A stretch of 60,964 nucleotides of DNA. Source: Eubacteriales bacterium. GTDB lineage: Bacteria > Bacillota > Clostridia > Oscillospirales > CAG-272. The notes beneath the pieces are model-generated. The model was not told the origin of the DNA. It saw only the letters and a list, made by a program, of their open reading frames with translations, and searched no databases. Both the position numbers and the translations under genes were made by a program. The first letter of the stretch is position 1, and every line of letters starts with the position of its first letter. The stretch covers positions 1 to 60,964 of the forward strand of contig JAZNZC010000074.1 in NCBI GenBank assembly GCA_045594745.1, written 5' to 3'. Shown here in pieces: positions 1 to 6,696 of the stretch.

Positions 1-166
1 CCCCCTCCTGCACCCGAACGCTCCACCCTGCGCGCCAAAGGCGCGGACAGGGGGCAGAATTTCAAAAGAAATTCTGCCGACGAGAGCCGCAAGGCTCGAA
101 GTTTGTCGCATGGTTCGAGTCCTGTTTAATATTTAGTTGTCTTTTCCCTATCCCCAACGCCCCGCC

Positions 167-215
167 CCCCCTGAAAGACCGTGCAGTCTTTCTTTCCCCC
201 TTGCCCCCGAGGGGA
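167..215 (+). repeat. ~48-bp direct repeat, copy 1 (contains hairpin AAAGAC-cgtgca-GTCTTT)
   Basis: CCCCTGAAAGACCGTGCAGTCTTTCTTT..TTGCCCCCGAGGGGA recurs at 1514-1561 with one substitution; the two copies bracket the CDS at 320-1483. Confidence 0.8.
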
Positions 216-253
216 CTCAACGCTTCGATGATATTACAACAACAAATTGGTAA

Positions 254-282
254 TTGACGCGGCCTTGCTTTTGTTATATAAT
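254..282 (+). promoter_or_regulatory. sigmaA-type promoter of the XRE/TPR-like regulator gene
   Basis: TTGACG (254-259), 17-nt spacer, TATAAT (277-282); 38 nt upstream of the ATG at 320. Confidence 0.5.
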
Positions 283-319
283 AAGATTACACCGGTGAAA
301 CAAAATGTGAGGTTTTTAT

Positions 320-1483
320 ATGAACGTAAAAATAGGAAAACAAATCAAACTCTTGCGAAATCGTGATGGTGTAACACAAGATCGTCTTGCCGAGGCACTT
401 GGTGTTACAAGTCAAGCAATTTCAAAATGGGAAAACGAAATCGGATATCCCGATATCGAGTATGTTGTTCCGATTGCAAACTTTTTCAATGTTACAGTCG
501 ATGCGCTTTTTGAACACGACAGAAGCGAGACTGAAAGCAAGATCAATCAATATTGCGAAAAACTTGATGAAATGCATCGCGGGTGGGAGAATGTGAACTC
601 CCGCATTGATCTTGCGCGACAAGCTCTTGCAGAATTTCCCGCAGAGGAAAAACTGCTTGTTCGCTTGGCAACCGCTTTGTGGGAAAAATGGAGTAACGAG
701 GCATACAACGGTTGTTATTTGATTGTGGATGGAAAAGCTGTATATCATTTTGAAAAGGTAAGAGCAACCGAAGGTTGGGAAGAACCCGCTCAAATTATGG
801 AAAAGCTGCTTGCCACATCTGTCGACGATAAAATCAGAAGCGAGTGTCGAGATATTCTTATAAGATTGTATGGGGATATTGGAGAAAAGGAAAAAGTATA
901 TCGGCTTGCAGAATACTGCCCCGATTGCAAGGCTGCCAATTTATTTGCTGCTTTTAATGGAAAATACGATGACGAAGCAAGAAATAACAGTCAAGTCCTC
1001 TTGCAAGGCGGACTTTTCCGCTTGCTTGTGCATCTGCCGCGACAAACCAAAAATTCAGCCCTAAGAGCAAAAGCTTTTGAAAAGTTGATAGACTTGTATG
1101 CTTTCATATTTGATGATGGAAACTATGCGTTCTGCCACTGTAAAGTGGAAGAGTTGTATATTGATTACGCGGATGCTTTAATTGGGCAAGAGCGCTTCGA
1201 CGAGGCAATTTTTGCTCTTGAAAAAGCATACGAGCACGCCAAAGCTTTTGATGCTTATCTCGATCAACTTCGCGAGAATGGCGAAGTTTGTTATACGTCA
1301 ACCTTTACAGATACTCTCAAAGATCTTTCTGTGGATGTCTATGCCACAAAGGCAGTTCCGGAATTGTTGAACAAAGTGTTTATGGATAAGCGGGATACTT
1401 TCTATAAAAAACTCCATAAAGAGGAGAGATTTATCAATCTTGTGAAGAAAATCGAAAGTGATGTCGGCACATCTGCAAAATGA
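320..1483 (+). CDS. XRE-family HTH transcriptional regulator with long alpha-helical (TPR-like) C-terminal domain
   Basis: 387-aa ORF. N-terminus IGKQIKLLRNRDGVTQDRLAEALGVTSQAISKWENE is a classic HTH_3/Cro-C1 motif. GAGG RBS upstream. Confidence 0.85.
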   Translation: MNVKIGKQIKLLRNRDGVTQDRLAEALGVTSQAISKWENEIGYPDIEYVVPIANFFNVTVDALFEHDRSETESKINQYCEKLDEMHRGWENVNSRIDLARQALAEFPAEEKLLVRLATALWEKWSNEAYNGCYLIVDGKAVYHFEKVRATEGWEEPAQIMEKLLATSVDDKIRSECRDILIRLYGDIGEKEKVYRLAEYCPDCKAANLFAAFNGKYDDEARNNSQVLLQGGLFRLLVHLPRQTKNSALRAKAFEKLIDLYAFIFDDGNYAFCHCKVEELYIDYADALIGQERFDEAIFALEKAYEHAKAFDAYLDQLRENGEVCYTSTFTDTLKDLSVDVYATKAVPELLNKVFMDKRDTFYKKLHKEERFINLVKKIESDVGTSAK

Positions 1484-1513
1484 TTGTTATAGCAAAAAGC
1501 GTATTTACCACTC

Positions 1514-1561
1514 CCCCTGAAAGACCGTGCAGTCTTTCTTTTCCCCTTGCCCCCGAGGGGA
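1514..1561 (+). repeat. ~48-bp direct repeat, copy 2
   Basis: Near-identical to 167-215. Confidence 0.8.
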
Positions 1562-1709
1562 AAAACAAAAACACAAGTAGACAGTATTTTTCCAACCAAA
1601 CGGAGAATTTTAGGGTGTAAAATCTCCAAATGTTATCTTTACTTTCCAATGTTTAAGGTGTATAATATAGTTACAAAGTCGATTTTGAAAACAAATTTAG
1701 GAGATTGTT

Positions 1710-2288
1710 ATGTCTATTGGAAAAAACATTGCGCGTTTTAGAAAAGCCAAGGGATGGACACAAGCAGAGCTCGGTGAAAAAATTGGAGTATCCAATCAAG
1801 CTGTATCGAAGTGGGAGTCTGAAACAAGTATGCCTGATGTGATGCTTTTACCGGTGCTTGCTGATGCTTTTGGATGTTATGTAGATGAATTGTTTTCTCG
1901 AGAAGTAAAGACCGAAATTCATTATGACCATTGTGCGGAGTTCCCTTGGGCGGATGATAATACGATAAGGATTTTTCAAACCGTGGGCAAGAAAATTATG
2001 AAATCGCAAGAAGTTAACACCTGCATGGAAGTGACTTTCCCGCGAAATTGTAATGAAACGACCAGACAATATTTTAAGGTTGAGGTTTTGGGCAATCTTA
2101 TGTCTGATAGTAGCATAAACGGTGACGTTGTTTGCCACGGATATATTGATTGTCATGAAATAAACGGAGACGTTTCAGCGCAGGGCTCCATTACCGCATA
2201 CGAAATCAACAGTCACGGAAAAATTGTTTGCAACTCTCTAAAATGTGACAAGATCGAAGGCGATGTTACCATCAAACAAGTAGATTGA
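1710..2288 (+). CDS. XRE-family HTH protein with C-terminal bactofilin-like (INGDV repeat) domain
   Basis: 192-aa ORF with AGGAG RBS. N-terminus IGKNIARFRKAKGWTQAELGEKIGVSNQAVSKWESE. C-terminus has repeated INGDV/GSI/GKI beta-strand-like units resembling polymer-forming cytoskeletal (bactofilin) folds. Confidence 0.85.
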   Translation: MSIGKNIARFRKAKGWTQAELGEKIGVSNQAVSKWESETSMPDVMLLPVLADAFGCYVDELFSREVKTEIHYDHCAEFPWADDNTIRIFQTVGKKIMKSQEVNTCMEVTFPRNCNETTRQYFKVEVLGNLMSDSSINGDVVCHGYIDCHEINGDVSAQGSITAYEINSHGKIVCNSLKCDKIEGDVTIKQVD

Positions 2289-2318
2289 TAAAAAAACAGA
2301 TATTGTTATACACAAAAA

Positions 2319-2356
2319 GAAAGTCACGGTTGCGTTTTGCACCGTGGCTTTCTCTT
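2319..2356 (+). terminator. rho-independent terminator after the XRE/bactofilin-like gene
   Basis: AAGTCACGGT-tgcgttttgc-ACCGTGGCTT stem followed by a T-rich tract. Confidence 0.55.
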
Positions 2357-2406
2357 ATCTCTCCTTCAATTTATTTATCTCAAAATAAGTTTTTTGTTAT
2401 CTGTAC

Positions 2407-2435
2407 TTGTAAAAAGGATAAAGATATGATACAAT
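2407..2435 (+). promoter_or_regulatory. sigmaA-type promoter of the retron ncRNA-RT unit
   Basis: TTGTAA (2407-2412), 17 nt, TACAAT (2430-2435). The predicted TSS near 2442 coincides with the first base of the a1 repeat. Confidence 0.55.
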
Positions 2436-2441
2436 AAAAAC

Positions 2442-2673
2442 AGAACAACAGTGTATTTCGATTTTTTCGAAAGGGATGGCGAGTCGTCATCTTTTCACCC
2501 AAGGTTTAGCGTATTCGCTGCACAAGCCCTACAAAAGTCTTTCCGACGCGCGAGCACATCGGGACTTTTGCTCGGTCTTGCTTCGCTCAGTCGAAATGCT
2601 CGACGAAGTGATACAAGGCTCTGCCTTGTAGTACTACGTCTGCGCGTTTTGCCATACAAATTGGTGTTGTTCT
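2442..2673 (+). ncRNA. candidate retron msr-msd non-coding RNA
   Basis: Non-coding region directly upstream of the RT on the same strand. a1 AGAACAACA (2442-2450) is the exact reverse complement of a2 TGTTGTTCT (2665-2673). G2451 is a candidate branching G. Internal hairpins at 2456-2474, 2478-2494, CAAAAGTC/GACTTTTG (about 2532-2572) and ACAAGGC/GCCTTGT (2612-2628), plus the 10-bp palindrome GTAGTACTAC (2629-2638). Confidence 0.55.
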
Positions 2674-2697
2674 AATCATCGGGAAAGGAGTCGCTAT

Positions 2698-3609
2698 ATG
2701 ATCGTTTACAAAGAGCTTGCTTCTGTTGAGCAAGATTTGGGCTTTTCGGCAAAGACCCTTTACGGGCTCAGCAACAATCTTGAAAAGCATTATCACAACG
2801 TCCTCATTCCAAAGCGTGACGGCAGTAAACGAAAGCTCTCCGTTCCCGATTTGATTTTGAAAAGAGTACAAAAATCAATAGCAGATAACATCTTGGCGCA
2901 ATATCCTGTTTCAAAATATGCAAAGGCATATAAGGTCGGGAGCAATGTTCAGCGGAACGCTCAGCCGCACATTGGAAAGAAGAAGATTTTGAAGCTTGAC
3001 ATAGAAGGCTTTTTTGATCACATTCTGTATTCTCAAGTCAAGAATACCGTTTTTTGCGAAGAGAAATTTGCAGAGCCCATTCGCGTTCTTTTAACGATGC
3101 TTTGTTATTACAAGGAGTCGCTTCCGCAAGGTGCGCCCACCTCGCCTGCCATTACAAACATCATTATGTACGATTTTGATGAGACTGTTGGAGCGTTTTG
3201 CGACGAGAAGAAGATCGCGTATACGAGATATTGCGACGATATGACTTTTTCGGGCGATTTTGACGAGGGGGAAGTCATTGCTTTTGTAAAAGGGGAGCTT
3301 TGCAAGCTTGGTCTGTTTTTGAAAAATCGCAAAACGGCGGTTATTCCCGCAAGCAAGCGCCAAACGGTAACGGGAATTGTTGTAAATGAAAAACTCAATA
3401 TTACAAAAGAATATAAAAAGAAGATCCGCCAAGAGATGCACTACATTCAAAAATTCGGGTTGGATGAGCACATAAAGAGATGTGGAATATCGGATAGGGA
3501 GCAATACGTTCTGTCGCTGTGCGGAAGGATCGCTTTTGTACTGCAAACCACCCCAAACGACTGCGAGTTTTTGGAATACAAAAAAATCCTTGCCGAAAAA
3601 CGGTTATAA
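2698..3609 (+). CDS. retron-type reverse transcriptase
   Basis: 303-aa ORF with AAGGAG RBS. RT motifs seen: IPKRDGSKRKLSVP, LKLDIEGFFDHI, LPQGAPTSPAITN, YTRYCDDMTFS (YxDD box), and the retron-typical VTGIVVN after the thumb region. No maturase, endonuclease or other fused domain. Confidence 0.9.
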   Translation: MIVYKELASVEQDLGFSAKTLYGLSNNLEKHYHNVLIPKRDGSKRKLSVPDLILKRVQKSIADNILAQYPVSKYAKAYKVGSNVQRNAQPHIGKKKILKLDIEGFFDHILYSQVKNTVFCEEKFAEPIRVLLTMLCYYKESLPQGAPTSPAITNIIMYDFDETVGAFCDEKKIAYTRYCDDMTFSGDFDEGEVIAFVKGELCKLGLFLKNRKTAVIPASKRQTVTGIVVNEKLNITKEYKKKIRQEMHYIQKFGLDEHIKRCGISDREQYVLSLCGRIAFVLQTTPNDCEFLEYKKILAEKRL

Positions 3610-3612
3610 AAA

Positions 3613-3648
3613 GAAAGCCACGCGACTATCGCGCGGCTTTTTCTTTAT
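3613..3648 (+). terminator. terminator-like hairpin after the RT gene
   Basis: AAGCCACGCG-actat-CGCGCGGCTT (one mismatch) followed by TTTTC. Confidence 0.5.
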
Positions 3649-3697
3649 CCCATCTTCAACTTTTTACATCCCTATATAAATTTTTATGTGTTCACAC

Positions 3698-3726
3698 TTG
3701 CAAAAAGAATACAGATATGCTAAAAT
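3698..3726 (+). promoter_or_regulatory. sigmaA-type promoter of the small TM gene (paralogous to the promoter at 2407-2435)
   Basis: TTGCAA (3698-3703), 17 nt, TAAAAT (3721-3726). The surrounding ~45 nt are near-identical to 2406-2450. Confidence 0.55.
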
Positions 3727-3754
3727 AAAAACAGAAACAAGAAAGGAGAACAAT

Positions 3755-4084
3755 ATGAAAAAAGTGATCTCGTGGGTGCTTTTTATATTAACGGTGGCTA
3801 TCTTTTTGTTTGATATATACTTTGCAATTACGGGAACGATTGAAGTCGATCTTCAACTGGATAGAATTAAGGAGATGGGCGGCAGCGGAGTTGATTTTTT
3901 GGGGGTTGGGGTAGAAATTTTGGCAATGGGGATTGCTTTGCTTACCTTTGTGGGATTGATTTTCTCTATCCTTTCTGCAATGCTCGCGCAAAAGCGTGTA
4001 ATCAAAATCATATCCTTTGTTCTCATCTTTTTATTTGTTTTTGTTCCGTTCTTTTCTTATGGCTTTTATTTGTTTATAGCATAG
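3755..4084 (+). CDS. small multi-pass membrane protein (putative retron effector)
   Basis: 109 aa starting at MKKVISW with AAGGAG RBS. About 3 hydrophobic helices (VISWVLFILTVAIFLFDIYFAI, ILAMGIALLTFVGLIFSILSAML, IISFVLIFLFVFVPFFSYGFYLFI). The longer ORF from 3686 lacks an RBS. Confidence 0.8.
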   Translation: MKKVISWVLFILTVAIFLFDIYFAITGTIEVDLQLDRIKEMGGSGVDFLGVGVEILAMGIALLTFVGLIFSILSAMLAQKRVIKIISFVLIFLFVFVPFFSYGFYLFIA

Positions 4085-4086
4085 AA

Positions 4087-4120
4087 GAAAGCAGACCGTG
4101 GTGGTCTGCTTTCTTTTTTA
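4087..4120. terminator. bidirectional terminator hairpin between the TM gene and the GH30 gene
   Basis: GAAAGCAGACC-gtggt-GGTCTGCTTTC followed by TTTTTT. Confidence 0.65.
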
Positions 4121-4149
4121 TATCAAACGATAATTTGAAATTTCAAATC

Positions 4150-5514
4150 TTACAAAATCACCGTCATCATGGAGTGAGGTTGCATGGTGAGCTTGGTGCA
4201 AACGTCGTTGTGTCTTACAACGGCGGGGAGCTCGCGGTGAGAGGTGCTCATCATAACGAGGACGATGCTGCCGTCGGGGTTCTTGAAGGCGACGGTGTAA
4301 ATGTTTTCGCTATATCGGGTGGTAGCGATACGCACGGCACCGCGTTGCACGAACTTGGAAAAATGCCCGATGTAATAGTAAATGGGAGTGAAAACAAGCT
4401 CTTTGGTTTCGGTGTTGTAAAGGATGGGTGCGTGGCAGCCTGCCGCCTTGTCCTCAAAAACAATTCCCGCAACCGCGGTGGTGCCTGCGGAACGGTTGTG
4501 GAAGGGCCCGCCTTTTTCGCTCAGCAAAAGGTTCCAGTCGCAAAGCCCTGCTGTAAAGTTGTTAAAGTCGCCGCACAGCTCTTTGCCGTATCTTTCGGCA
4601 AGAGAGATGGGGTCCTCGTTAATAGATCCGCAGTTTTCGGTGCTGAGCAAAACCTTGCCGAACTTTTCGTGCACAAGTCTCATGCCGTCAAAGTGGTTGC
4701 CCGAATACCAGTGGTGGCCAACCGCCCAAACGCGATCCTCGACCGCTTTGGAAGAGAAGATCTTTTTGGTACGGTCATAAACGCGCTCTTTGTTGTGGTC
4801 CCAAATAATGATCTTGATGTGGGAAAGTCCCTCGTCATCAAGAACAGGGGAGAGATATTTTTCAATGAACTCGCGCTCGTCATCGGGGGAGTAATAGCAG
4901 CTCTCCCAGGATTGGCGCGCGATGGGCTCGTTTTGAATGGAGATGGCGGAAATGGTAACGCCCTCTTCTGCCATCGCCTTGATGTACTTTGCGTAATATC
5001 TTGCCCAGCACTCCTTGTATTCTTCTTTCAGGGAGCCACCGCGGAAAACGCTTTCATTATCTTTCATAAACGCAGGGGGACTCCAAGGGGATGCGAACAG
5101 AACGAGCTCATCTTGGCAATACTTCATAGCATCCTTAATAAAGGGAATGATGTATTTTCTGTCGCGCTCGAGCGAGAAAGTTTTCAGCTCCTTGTCGCCG
5201 CTTTCGATGTAAGAATAAACGTCGAGAGAGAAGTCGCAGGAGTTGATGTGCGTTCTACCAAAATTGTAGCCGATGCCATTTTCGCGCGAGAAATAACTCT
5301 CCAAAAAGAGCTTTTTCTGCTCGTCGGTAAGCTGTGCATAATTGTAAGCCGCCGACTCGGTAAAAGCGCCGCCAAAGCCCAAAATGCTTTGATATTCAAA
5401 CTCGTCAAACACGTTGATAACGCCCATTTCGGTTTTTTCGGGGGCGTTGCCTGCTTCAACGGTCGTCTCCTGAAAATAAAGGTTCTCGGACGGAACGGAT
5501 GTAAAGATCTTCAT
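4150..5514 (-). CDS. glycoside hydrolase family 30 (glucosylceramidase-like)
   Basis: 454 aa. Motifs FGGAFTESAA, SPWSPPAFMK, ISIQNEP and HHWY are typical of GH30. AAGGAG RBS. No signal peptide. Confidence 0.9.
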   Translation of the reverse strand: MKIFTSVPSENLYFQETTVEAGNAPEKTEMGVINVFDEFEYQSILGFGGAFTESAAYNYAQLTDEQKKLFLESYFSRENGIGYNFGRTHINSCDFSLDVYSYIESGDKELKTFSLERDRKYIIPFIKDAMKYCQDELVLFASPWSPPAFMKDNESVFRGGSLKEEYKECWARYYAKYIKAMAEEGVTISAISIQNEPIARQSWESCYYSPDDEREFIEKYLSPVLDDEGLSHIKIIIWDHNKERVYDRTKKIFSSKAVEDRVWAVGHHWYSGNHFDGMRLVHEKFGKVLLSTENCGSINEDPISLAERYGKELCGDFNNFTAGLCDWNLLLSEKGGPFHNRSAGTTAVAGIVFEDKAAGCHAPILYNTETKELVFTPIYYYIGHFSKFVQRGAVRIATTRYSENIYTVAFKNPDGSIVLVMMSTSHRELPAVVRHNDVCTKLTMQPHSMMTVIL

Positions 5515-5550
5515 ACGGTTGCTCCTTTTGCGGTTGTTTTTGATATTTTC

Positions 5551-5579
5551 ATATTATCATATATAGAAGAAAAAGTCAA
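5551..5579 (-). promoter_or_regulatory. sigmaA-type promoter of the GH30 gene
   Basis: Minus strand: TTGACT (5579-5574), 17 nt, TAATAT (5556-5551). Confidence 0.5.
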
Positions 5580-5853
5580 GATGAAAGTGCAAAATTGTTG
5601 CAAAGCCGCAACTATTTGCGCCGGCCTATCCGTTCAGGATGACATACAGAGGTTTTACTTATTGGTATGTTTTAGATGCAAGCGGGGCGTCGAGGACGTC
5701 GCCCCCTACAAAAGTTGCTTTGAATCAATCGCGAAAAGCAATTTACATTTTTTATAAAACCAAAAAACGCGCGAAATGATTGATTTCTCGTAGGGGACGA
5801 CGTCCTCGACGTCCCGTAAAAACAACCGCATCTCACAAAACAACCAATCAACA

Positions 5854-6111
5854 TGTCATCCTGAGCGAAAAAATCGCAGTGCGATTTTGCAGTCGAAGTT
5901 CTGCGGGTTGAGCGTGAGCGAACAAGCAGAACCGAGGAGCGAATGCGACGATGGGATCTCTAAACGAGTTTGGGTGGCTTGCCAAAGAAAATGTTACATC
6001 CCATCAAAAAGTCACCAAGATTTGTAGCGAGATTCCTGCCAAACGCAAAGCGTTTTTTGGTTCTCACCTCGTTCCTCACTCGGCGAAACTTCGACTCCGC
6101 TCAGGATGACA
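5854..6111. repeat. 258-bp MITE-like element with perfect 14-bp terminal inverted repeats
   Basis: TGTCATCCTGAGCG (5854-5867) and CGCTCAGGATGACA (6098-6111) are exact reverse complements. Internal modules recur at 52327-52420, 54769-54910 and 55975-56057. Confidence 0.6.
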
Positions 6112-6220
6112 TACGGATTTTTTATTTATTTGCATGTGTTAGAAGCAGGGGGAGTAAGCTTCTTTGGTGAACAATGTTGAAACAAAAGGAACTTTCCTCT
6201 TGTAAATATTTCCTTCAATC

Positions 6221-6249
6221 TTGACACGTTCCTCCATTTATGCTATAAT
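6221..6249 (+). promoter_or_regulatory. consensus sigmaA promoter of the membrane-protein/GH2 operon
   Basis: TTGACA (6221-6226), 17 nt, TATAAT (6244-6249). Confidence 0.6.
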
Positions 6250-6272
6250 AAACGAAAGAAAGGCGGTGCGAA

Positions 6273-6662
6273 ATGAGAAACATTCTTGACAAACTGTTTG
6301 AAAACAAAAAGCTCGCGTTTTGGTTTCCAATCGCTTTTGCTGCGGTAGCATATTTGCTGTTTGCTTTGTTTGGGGTATCCGAGAACAAAGGCGAGGATCT
6401 TATTGTTATGCTTATTGTGAGCATAGGTTGGTTTTTCGGTGTCTTTCTTATTACCTTCTTTCAGGTGAAGAACCCTATGTGTCCCGAAAAGTTTTTGGAC
6501 TTTTTTGAACTGATGGCAATTGTTGTTTTTGTTTCGTGCGCTCTGGTGAATATGATCACGTTTTTCATCAACGGCTTTCAAGATTTGGGTGTTATTTGCC
6601 CCGGAGCAGTTACATACAGTGCCGTTGCTTGGGCGCACAGCAAAAGAGAAAAAAATAATTGA
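6273..6662 (+). CDS. small integral membrane protein (about 4 TM), unknown function
   Basis: 129-aa hydrophobic ORF, 34 nt upstream of and co-oriented with the GH2 gene. Confidence 0.7.
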   Translation: MRNILDKLFENKKLAFWFPIAFAAVAYLLFALFGVSENKGEDLIVMLIVSIGWFFGVFLITFFQVKNPMCPEKFLDFFELMAIVVFVSCALVNMITFFINGFQDLGVICPGAVTYSAVAWAHSKREKNN

Positions 6663-6696
6663 TAAAGAATAACAGATAAATAATAGGAGAAAAATT

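Noticed and set aside
112-122. GGTTCGAGTCC, resembling a tRNA/tmRNA T-loop
   Set aside because: The flanking bases do not form a T-stem (CATGG versus CCTGT), and no acceptor stem or anticodon arm can be drawn. It lies inside the hairpin-repeat mosaic.
2698-3609. Alternative identities for the RT: group II intron maturase, DGR RT, Abi/DRT-type RT
   Set aside because: Only 303 aa, with no X/maturase, DNA-binding/En or extra C-terminal domains. Motif 4 is QGxxxSP (retron/group II type), not the DGR-type SQ variant. I found no template/variable repeat pair or accessory Avd-like gene nearby. The VTG motif and the upstream a1/a2 structure favour a retron. This still needs an HMM or phylogenetic check.
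4135-5757. 540-aa plus-strand ORF covering the GH30 gene
   Set aside because: It is the codon-aligned antisense frame of a gene with clear GH30 motifs and an RBS. It has no RBS or recognisable domain and a Val/Gly/Ala-rich composition. Such frames stay open when the sense gene avoids TTA, CTA and TCA codons.
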